NCBI GenBank assembly: GCA_966677695.1
Contig: CBKWTF010000001.1
Coordinates: 1 to 26,616, forward strand
DNA from: an uncultured bacterium
GTDB lineage: Bacteria; Patescibacteriota; Minisyncoccia; Phycocordibacterales; JAACPR01
Direction: 5' to 3'
DNA: 26,616 bases
Shown here: positions 8,118 through 15,400 of the stretch, piece after piece
How the letters are laid out: each line of letters starts with the position of its first letter
How positions within the stretch are numbered: position 1 is the stretch's first letter
Program-made: the position numbers and the translations under genes
The notes under the pieces: model-generated
Seen by the model: the letters and a program-made list of their open reading frames with translations, nothing else
The model's database searches: none
Told to the model about the DNA's origin: nothing

Positions 8118-8145
8118 TTTACTTATCTTATATTTTCAGTACAAT
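8118..8145 (+). promoter_or_regulatory. Putative dedicated fusA promoter
   Basis: TTTACT (8118-8123), 16 bp, TACAAT (8140-8145), downstream of the rpsG terminator. Confidence 0.5.
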
Positions 8146-8208
8146 GAGCCTACCTTTTCCAGGGGGATTTTTATTTATCTACGTTATTAAATTACACATA
8201 CATATATT

Positions 8209-10353
8209 ATGAGTCGAGAGTATCCACTAAGCCGCGTTCGAAACTTCGGTATCATTGCCCATATCGACGCCGGAAAGACGACAACTTCGGAGCGAATTCT
8301 GTTCTATACCGGAGTGTCTCACAAGATCGGAGAGGTGCATGAGGGAGCTGCCATCATGGACTGGATGGAGCAGGAGCAGGAGCGAGGTATTACCATTACG
8401 TCAGCTGCCACTACCTGTTTCTGGACACCTACATACGCGCCAGGAAACACTGAGCTGAAGCACCAGTTCAACATTATCGATACCCCGGGTCACGTGGACT
8501 TCACCGTGGAGGTGGAGCGATCACTCAAGGTGCTCGACGGAGGAGTGGTGGTGTTCGACGGAGTGGCCGGAGTGGAGCCGCAGTCAGAAACCGTGTGGCG
8601 ACAGGCTGACAAGTACAAGGTTCCACGAATCTGCTTCATCAACAAGCTTGATCGAACCGGAGCGTCATTTGAGCGATCATACAAGTCGATAATCGACCGA
8701 CTCGCAAAGCGAGCGGTGCGAGCCCAGATCCCGATGGGAGAGGAGTCGGACCTGCACGGAGTGATCGACCTTCTTAAGATGAAGGCGTATACCTTCGAGG
8801 GAGACATGGGAAACAAGGTGGTTGAGCAGGAGATCCCTGAGAAGTACAAGGAGGATGCCGAGCTGTACCGAGCCGAGCTCGTTGAGCGAATCGTGGAGAA
8901 CGACGAGGCACTTATGAACAAGTTCTTCGCCGGAGAGGAGATCGCCCTTGAAGACCTCAAGAAGACGCTGCGAAAGGCGGTGATCGAGAACAAGCTCGTT
9001 CCGGTATTCACCGGATCGGCGCTTAAGAACACCGGAGTTCAGCTGGTGCTGGATGCCGTGGTTGACTACCTTCCAGCCCCTACGGACATTCCTGCGATTA
9101 AGGGAAACGATGTCGAGACTGGAGAGGAGATGGAGCGACAGTCTGATGACAAGGAGCCTCTTGCCGCGCTCGCCTTCAAGCTTCAGACTGATCCGTACGT
9201 TGGACAGCTGACCTACATCCGAGTGTATTCGGGAGTGCTCGAGGCCGGATCATACGTTCTGAACACTACGACCGGAGAGAAGGAGCGAGTAGGACGAATT
9301 CTGCGAATGCATGCCAACGACCGAGAGGAGGTGAAGACCGTGTATGCCGGAGAGATTGCTGCGGCGGTAGGACTTAAGAACACGCACACGTCTGATACGC
9401 TGTGTGATCCTGAGCATCCAATCGAGCTGCACCGAATCGAGTTCGCCGAGCCGGTGATCGCCCTTCGAATCGAGCCGAAGACCAAGGCCGACCAGGAGAA
9501 GATGGGAATGGCGCTCAAGAAGCTCTCGGAGGAGGATCCTACGTTCAAGGTTTCAACCGACGAGGAGACCCTCGAGACTATTATTGCGGGTATGGGAGAG
9601 CTTCACCTTGAGATTCTCGTTGATCGAATGAAGCGAGAGTTCAACGTCGAGGCGAACGTTGGTAAGCCGCAGGTGGCATACCGAGAGACCATCTCTGCCG
9701 ATGCGAACGCGGACTACAAGTACGTGAAGCAGTCAGGAGGTAAGGGACAGTACGGACACGTGAAGATCAACATCAAGCCGATGGATCATAACGTTGATCT
9801 CGAGAACCTTCCGAAGAACGTGAAGCGATCAGAGGGACTTGAGTTCATCAACAACATCAAGGGAGGAGCGATTCCCGGAGAGTTCATCGCGCCGATCGAG
9901 AAGGGAATCAAGGAGGCGATGCAGCGAGGAGTCGTTGCCGGATACAAGATGGTGGACGTGTCAGTCGAGCTGTATGACGGATCGTTCCACGAGGTGGACT
10001 CGTCCGAGATCGCCTTCAAGCTTGCTGCGCTCTACGCGTTCCAGGAGGCTGCCGCCAAGGCCCGACCCGTGCTGCTTGAGCCGGTCATGAAGGTTGAGGT
10101 AACCGTACCCGAGAAGTTCCTCGGAGACATCACCGGAAACCTGTCTTCAAAGCGAGGACAGATCGAGGGAACTCAGGACCGAGGAAACGGAATCGTGGCC
10201 ATCGGTGCAAAGGTGCCTCTGTCTGAGATGTTCGGATACACGACGTCGCTTCGATCAATGACCGAGGGGCGAGGGGCTATGACCATGGAGTTCAGCAACT
10301 ACGAGACCGTGCCGCAGAACGTGGCCGAGGAGATCAAGAAGACTCGAGGATAA
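8209..10353 (+). CDS. fusA: Elongation factor G (714 aa)
   Basis: [79 protein letters not shown] and [10 protein letters not shown] motifs. Confidence 0.99.
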   Translation: MSREYPLSRVRNFGIIAHIDAGKTTTSERILFYTGVSHKIGEVHEGAAIMDWMEQEQERGITITSAATTCFWTPTYAPGNTELKHQFNIIDTPGHVDFTVEVERSLKVLDGGVVVFDGVAGVEPQSETVWRQADKYKVPRICFINKLDRTGASFERSYKSIIDRLAKRAVRAQIPMGEESDLHGVIDLLKMKAYTFEGDMGNKVVEQEIPEKYKEDAELYRAELVERIVENDEALMNKFFAGEEIALEDLKKTLRKAVIENKLVPVFTGSALKNTGVQLVLDAVVDYLPAPTDIPAIKGNDVETGEEMERQSDDKEPLAALAFKLQTDPYVGQLTYIRVYSGVLEAGSYVLNTTTGEKERVGRILRMHANDREEVKTVYAGEIAAAVGLKNTHTSDTLCDPEHPIELHRIEFAEPVIALRIEPKTKADQEKMGMALKKLSEEDPTFKVSTDEETLETIIAGMGELHLEILVDRMKREFNVEANVGKPQVAYRETISADANADYKYVKQSGGKGQYGHVKINIKPMDHNVDLENLPKNVKRSEGLEFINNIKGGAIPGEFIAPIEKGIKEAMQRGVVAGYKMVDVSVELYDGSFHEVDSSEIAFKLAALYAFQEAAAKARPVLLEPVMKVEVTVPEKFLGDITGNLSSKRGQIEGTQDRGNGIVAIGAKVPLSEMFGYTTSLRSMTEGRGAMTMEFSNYETVPQNVAEEIKKTRG

Positions 10354-10426
10354 TCAGAGACGGAAATATACATAGCCATGACGGGCGGCCGCCACCAACG
10401 TTCCCCCCCGCCTTGCGTTGGGCCTG

Positions 10427-10435
10427 TGATATACT
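10427..10435 (+). promoter_or_regulatory. Putative extended -10 promoter for the small membrane protein gene
   Basis: TG-A-TATACT, 23 bp upstream of ATG 10459. Confidence 0.4.
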
Positions 10436-10458
10436 TTAGGCATAACCGAAGCAATAGC

Positions 10459-10731
10459 ATGAACGTACAGTTTGACGAAGATAATTTCTCAGGACCCCAG
10501 AACTTCGGCGGAATGCCTCAGCAGCCGCAAAGCAGTTCCGGTTCGGGCATGATCGGCTGGATGGTGAGGTCCGGACTGGCAAAGGATACGAATTCCGCAA
10601 ACGTCATCCTTACGATACTGGCCCTAATCGTGTTCGGAATCTCGATCTACTTCTTTATGTTCGGATTCTCCAAGCCGACCTTCTCCGGACCCCAGCAGCC
10701 GCCGCAGGAGATACCGGGGGTTACTCTATAA
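10459..10731 (+). CDS. Small single-pass membrane protein, hypothetical (90 aa)
   Basis: MNVQFDEDNF... start preferred over 10378. Amphipathic MIGWMVRSGLAKD, hydrophobic NVILTILALIVFGISIYFFMFGF, Pro/Gln-rich ends; has its own promoter-like and terminator-like signals. Confidence 0.8.
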   Translation: MNVQFDEDNFSGPQNFGGMPQQPQSSSGSGMIGWMVRSGLAKDTNSANVILTILALIVFGISIYFFMFGFSKPTFSGPQQPPQEIPGVTL

Positions 10732-10761
10732 AAAAGACGCACTGATGAAGTGCGTCTTTTT
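10731..10761. terminator. Intrinsic (bidirectional) terminator
   Basis: AAAAAGACGCAC-TGATGAA-GTGCGTCTTTTT, a perfect 12-bp stem overlapping the stop codon of the small gene. Confidence 0.85.
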
Positions 10762-10833
10762 CTTGTGGCTGATAAGTGTTGTATGTTAGCGCCCGGCAGA
10801 ATTCATCGGTCTCCAAGAAGAGCGGTCAGGCGC

Positions 10834-10861
10834 TTGAATTTTCATGGAAATATGATATTGT
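10834..10861 (+). promoter_or_regulatory. Putative rplJL promoter
   Basis: TTGAAT (10834-10839), 16 bp, TATTGT (10856-10861) preceded by TG-A (extended -10), just 5' of the leader RNA. Confidence 0.5.
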
Positions 10862-10869
10862 ATTTTCCA

Positions 10870-11006
10870 TAAGGCCGAAGACAAGAGGCGACCATAAGTC
10901 CTCTCGAGGTTTGTTTCGAAGAAGCGCACTGCGCGTTTTCGAGGCGACAAATCTCTTAACCAGAATTATCTGACCTTCGGCCTTAGTTGGTCGGATAATT
11001 TTATTT
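10870..11006 (+). ncRNA. L10-leader-like cis-regulatory RNA (ribosomal protein L10/L12 autoregulation) with terminator hairpin
   Basis: CCGAAGACAAGAGG-CGACCATAAGT-CCTCTCGAGG resembles the L10_leader core (AGAC.G.AGG...UAA...CCU..CGAGG). It lies directly upstream of rplJ and has a second stem (10910-10950) and a hairpin at 10964-11000 followed by T's. Confidence 0.7.
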
Positions 11007-11009
11007 AGT

Positions 11010-11498
11010 ATGGCAATTACAAAAGACAAAAAGAAATCAATCCTGGAGAAGCTTGACGGGATCAAGGACAGCGAGTCAGTTGTCTTCGTGAACTTCAAGG
11101 GACTTCCGGTTTCCGAGTCTACTGCTATGCGACGAGAGCTCTCAAAGAGCGACGTCTCATACTACGTAGCGAAGAAGACATTGGTGAAGAGAGCTTTTGC
11201 GGATGCAGGTATCGAAGGGGACATCCCGGCACTTGATGGAGAGTTGGCGGTCGTATACGGAAACGATGCGACGGCGCCGGCACGCGAGATCTTCGCGTTC
11301 CAGAAGAAGTTTGACGGGAAGGTGACCATGCTCGGCGGAGTGTTCGAGAAGAAATTCATGAGCAAGGTCCAGATCGAGGAGGTCGCCAAGATCCCTTCGA
11401 TGCATGTCCTTCGAGGAATGTTCGTAAACGTGATCAACTCACCGATCCAAGGTTTTGCAATGGCCGTCAAAGCTATCGCAGACAAGAAGGCAGCCTAG
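11010..11498 (+). CDS. rplJ: 50S ribosomal protein L10 (162 aa)
   Basis: MAITKDKKK..L..L...SVVFVNFKGL.V.E...MR.EL...YYVAKKTL...G..A..YG...KIPS...L.GMFVNVINSPI; adjacent to rplL. Confidence 0.97.
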   Translation: MAITKDKKKSILEKLDGIKDSESVVFVNFKGLPVSESTAMRRELSKSDVSYYVAKKTLVKRAFADAGIEGDIPALDGELAVVYGNDATAPAREIFAFQKKFDGKVTMLGGVFEKKFMSKVQIEEVAKIPSMHVLRGMFVNVINSPIQGFAMAVKAIADKKAA

Positions 11499-11546
11499 CC
11501 TATATCAAGGCGTCAGTTAACCGTTACTTAATTCTAAAATTAATTT

Positions 11547-11966
11547 ATGTCAGAGGATACACAGGTACAGGACGTACAGGCAGAGGAGACCGTCGAGGTT
11601 CCTGCCAAGTTCAAGTCACTCGTAGAGTCAATCGAGTCTATGTCAGTGCTTGAGCTCCACGAGCTCGTAAAGCTTCTTGAGAAGAAGTTCGGAGTGTCAG
11701 CAGTCGCAGCCGCAGCGCCAGCAGCGGGAGGGGCAGCGGACGCAGCCGAGGAGAAGTCAGACTTCACCGTCCACCTTAAGGATGCCGGAGCTTCGAAGAT
11801 CGGAGTGATCAAGGTAGTCAAGGAGGCGCTTGCTCTCGGACTTAAGGAGGCGAAGGATCTAGTCGATGCCGCTCCGTCAGACCTGAAGTCAGGTGTGAAG
11901 AAGGAGGAGGCCGAGGCGATCAAGAAGCAGCTTGAGGATGCCGGAGCAACAGTCGAGTTGAAATAA
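11547..11966 (+). CDS. rplL: 50S ribosomal protein L7/L12 (139 aa, acidic N-terminal extension)
   Basis: [21 protein letters not shown], Ala-rich hinge, [24 protein letters not shown]...[38 protein letters not shown]. Confidence 0.99.
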   Translation: MSEDTQVQDVQAEETVEVPAKFKSLVESIESMSVLELHELVKLLEKKFGVSAVAAAAPAAGGAADAAEEKSDFTVHLKDAGASKIGVIKVVKEALALGLKEAKDLVDAAPSDLKSGVKKEEAEAIKKQLEDAGATVELK

Positions 11967-12030
11967 CTAGGATTTGCTTAGGATTTCGTTTCTTATGATT
12001 TGGTTCGATACGGTCAGTGGGATCAATTCA

Positions 12031-12084
12031 AACGAACTGAACTCACATGTTCGAACGAACTGACATCTAAACGAAACGAACTAG
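12031..12084 (+). repeat. Three phased direct repeats AACGAACT(GA/AG) at 12031, 12054 and 12075
   Basis: Read directly; spacing is 23 and 21 bp. They are preceded by TAGGATTT/TAGGATTT/TATGATTT at 11968, 11979 and 11994. Confidence 0.65.
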
Positions 12085-12088
12085 CTAG

Positions 12089-12124
12089 GAAAACCGTCGG
12101 ACCCATTTGGGTCCGACGGTTTTC
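12089..12124. terminator. Intrinsic terminator for rplJL
   Basis: GAAAACCGTCGGACCC-ATTT-GGGTCCGACGGTTTTC, a perfect 16-bp stem followed by GTTTTG. Confidence 0.85.
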
Positions 12125-12268
12125 GTTTTGCCGATACCTCGAAACAAGGGGGAGGTTACGAATTTGCCGCAAAACACGCCGAGGAAATGTGCTGAGAAAC
12201 GGGGCGTTGCAGTACCTTCTTGAAGGCCCTTTGAACATGAGAATTTTCACTCAAAAACACGTGTCAAG

Positions 12269-12277
12269 TTATCCACA
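12269..12277 (+). promoter_or_regulatory. Consensus DnaA box TTATCCACA
   Basis: Exact match to the TTATNCACA consensus; single copy, in an AT-rich intergenic stretch upstream of the giant gene promoter. Confidence 0.6.
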
Positions 12278-12288
12278 AAATTTCGGTA

Positions 12289-12323
12289 TATAACTTGTTA
12301 TAAAAAACAAATTGCTGCATAAT
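12289..12323 (+). promoter_or_regulatory. Putative promoter of the giant gene with an overlapping inverted-repeat operator
   Basis: TTGTTA (12295-12300), 17 bp, CATAAT (12318-12323). TATAAC-TT-GTTATA (12289-12302) overlaps the -35. Confidence 0.45.
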
Positions 12324-12338
12324 CAACGTATTGGTATG

Positions 12339-12373
12339 GGGGCTGAAACGCGTAATCGCGTTTCAGCCCCTTT
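12339..12373 (+). terminator. Strong leader hairpin (terminator/attenuator-like or 5' stabiliser) before the giant gene
   Basis: GGGGCTGAAACGCG-TAAT-CGCGTTTCAGCCCC, a perfect 14-bp stem followed by TTTGTCATTT, ending 42 bp before ATG 12413. Confidence 0.6.
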
Positions 12374-12412
12374 GTCATTTATCAAATCAACAACATTACA
12401 AACAAAACCATT

Positions 12413-15400
12413 ATGAAAAAATTACTAATCATCGGATCATCACTTGTGGCGCTGACCATCTTCGCGTTGGGCGGAAGTATTCCTGACTCAAGAAGTTCCG
12501 CATCGGTCACGGACCTGATACCCAAAAGAACCGAACCGGTATCGGACGGAATTCCGACGGAAATCCTGGCACAAAACGAGTCACCCCAAGAAGTCTCCGC
12601 ACAAACGGAGACATTCGTCGTTAATGGGGGGGCAACGACAAAGTCAGCAAGTTCCGACGAACTGGCTTTTGCGGGCTCACGTGATGTTGTTGATCACACT
12701 AACTCTTCGTCCGACTCTTCGGACTTCGTCGCTGTGGCGACGCCTGAGTCACGCGACTCGGGAGGCTCGTCTCTCAGATCTGCAGAGACCGCTGAACTTT
12801 CTGCATCTGCTCCGACACGGGTGCCGTCATACGGTCCGAACGGTACTCACTGGCCAAGCAACATTCCGACCCCGTTCATGTACGACACTACTGTGCCGAA
12901 CATCATCGAGGTTGAGCCGAACTGGACGGATCTTTCTAACGCAATCAAGAGCGTGACCGATCAGCAGGCAAACGAGGGAACGCTGATTCTCATCAAGTCC
13001 GGAACCGTAGAGAACCCGACGGTCATGAGGGGAAACGGAAACGGGTCAGGCTCTGACCCTGTGCTTGCCGAGATTGGTTCCGAAATCAGAAACAGCGAAT
13101 TTCCAAATCGGCCTCGAACGAAGCGAATCACCGTAGCGCCTTCGAACGGATACGGAACGCTGCGATGGGAGAACGGAGTGCACATCCGAAGAGTAAAGGG
13201 AGTGGCCTTTGCCGGAATTATCGCTGATCAGGGAATCAAGTCACGAGGAAACACGCAGTCTGCCTTTGCGTGGATTCTTGCGGAAAGCGGACAGACCGGT
13301 TTCTACGGTCATAAGGATCAGGATACCTACGGCATGGAAATCGTGGAGTATGTTGTTCCTGAGGCCCAGGCAAAAAGCGACGATACCGCGGACGTCTATT
13401 CTGTTGACGGAGTGGTTGAGGACTTTGACGTTGTGGGAAGCTACTTCGCTCCGCGGTTCTGGCTGTACAGCGACTGTACTCCGCAGGACTGTCCGCACAC
13501 CGATACCTTCCAGTACGCTACCGGAGGAGGGGGAAGTTACGGCGACATGTCTCTGAGCGACAGCGTATTTTTTGCATCAAACAACAGTGTAATTCAGACC
13601 GGTAACGTTATCGGTCTCGACATCGACCACTCGTTCATCGTTGGAGGAGACGAGTCGTTCAAGAGATATCCGATTACGGGAGGAAGTGACGTCTCGCGAG
13701 AGGGTAACTTCTCAGCCTTCAACGGATCCGGTCGAGGGTTCAATCTGACAAACTCATTCGTATTCGGAGAGATCAAGCTCAATAACCGAGACGCGTCGAG
13801 GGTGTGGAGTAACGTTTCAAATACCAAGATCGCCCAGCCAAGCGGAAAGTATGACGGAGGACTTAACGACCCGCTTTCCGGAGACTGGACATACGAGTCC
13901 GGCATGACGATGGCGAGTGCCGGCATTCCGGCAAAGCCGACGGAGGAGTACCTGCTTACAATCTGGGGCAAGGACATTACGCCTCGCACGGCTGCACCCG
14001 AGTTTAGCCCGAGCGGAACGAGCTTCAACGACTCAGTCACCGTCTCGCTTTCGAGCAACACGGCTGGCGCGGCCATATACTACACAACCAACGGAAGTAC
14101 CCCGACGACCTCTTCGACACGATATGCCGGACCATTTACGCTTTCTTCCTCGGCTACGGTAAAGGCAATCGCGGTATCGGCTGGTCTTGATAACAGCTTT
14201 GTGCAGTCAAAGACCTACACGATCGTACAGCCGGGTCTGCCGGTCATTACAAGGCAGCCTGCTGCCCAGTCGGCACCGGTCGGATCAAGTGCGACCTTCA
14301 CCGTCGAGGCTACCGGAAATCCAGCAGTCAGCGGATATCAGTGGAAGAAGAACGGCGCAAGCATCGCGGGCGCAACCAGCGCAAGCTACACCACGCCTGC
14401 CCTGACTTCTGCCGACAGCGGTTCCACATATACTGTCGTAGTGACGAACGCGCAGGGAAGCGTCGAGTCACAGGGCGCAGCGCTTCTTGTCGCTGACATG
14501 ACGTCTGACAGCTCATATCAGGAGCGATCAATCAGCTCGCTGTCAGGAACATTCACCTATGAGTTCAGCGTGACTCCGCTTGCGGCGAACATGAACGCCG
14601 TAACCGGACTTACGGGCAAGTCATCAGCCGTAAGCGACTATGGCGACTTCTCGATGATGATCCGAATGTACGACGGTCGATTCGACGCGCGAAACGGAGG
14701 CGCATACGGGTACAATGGCGCCCAGGAGGTTCGCTTCGAGGTAGGACGAACATACCAGGTCAAGTTCGTGGTCGACAGCTCGGCAAAGGAATATGACGTA
14801 TTTGTTGACGGCAAGCTCATCGGAGACAATTTTGATTTCCGAAATACAACCTATACAACGTTTAACAAGATCGCGTATCGAGCCGAAGTCGGATCGCATA
14901 CGATCGGACTGACAGGATCAACGGGAGGAGGGGAGGATACCCAGGCTCCGGTCGTCAATGCCGGACCGGACCAGACCATCACGCTTCCGACGAACAGCGT
15001 GACGCTCAACGCTGACGTCTCAGACAATCAGCCGGTCACGAATCTTGCAAACGTCTGGACGCGACAGAGCGGACCGGCCGCCGTTTCGTTCGGCAACGAG
15101 AACTCGATCGACACGACCGCGACATTTACGACCGCAGGAACATACGTGCTCAGGCTGACCTCAAACGACGGAGACAACACCGGATACGACGAGATTACGA
15201 TCGTCGTACGTCCGCAGGAGGGAGTGAACCAGGCTCCGGTCGTCAGCGCGGGTTCTGACGTTTCAATTACCACCGGAGGAACCGCGACACTCGACGGAAC
15301 CGTTACGGATGACGGACTTCCAGCCGGTTCAACGGTCGCCCAGACATGGAGCCGTGTGGAGGGTCCTGGAACGGTGACATTTGCCAATCCCTCCGCTCAG

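Noticed and set aside
8490-10019. Antisense ORFs within fusA (180, 111 and 77 aa)
   Set aside because: Codon-bias shadows of a highly conserved gene; no independent signals.
10354-10415. Terminator after fusA
   Set aside because: Only a short GGCGGCCGCC palindrome and a C-run are present, with no convincing stem plus U tract.
10378-10458. Upstream start for the small membrane protein (117-aa version)
   Set aside because: The extension is not protein-like and spans the putative extended -10; ATG 10459 fits better.
10776-11098. ORFs 10776-10973 (+) and 10826-11098 (-) as leader peptides
   Set aside because: They overlap the promoter and the L10-leader RNA, whose structure explains the sequence; there is no coding-like composition.
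11967-12088. CRISPR array interpretation of the short intergenic repeats
   Set aside because: The repeats are only 8-10 bp with 11-23-bp periodicity, there is no repeat-spacer geometry and no cas genes.
12000-12293. ORFs 12000-12293 (+) and 12023-12250 (-)
   Set aside because: They run through a perfect terminator hairpin and repeat tract, lack host-like codon usage and contain no motifs.
12241-12330. Chromosomal replication origin
   Set aside because: Only one DnaA box is visible and no dnaA/dnaN or box cluster is nearby; kept only as a possible regulatory site.
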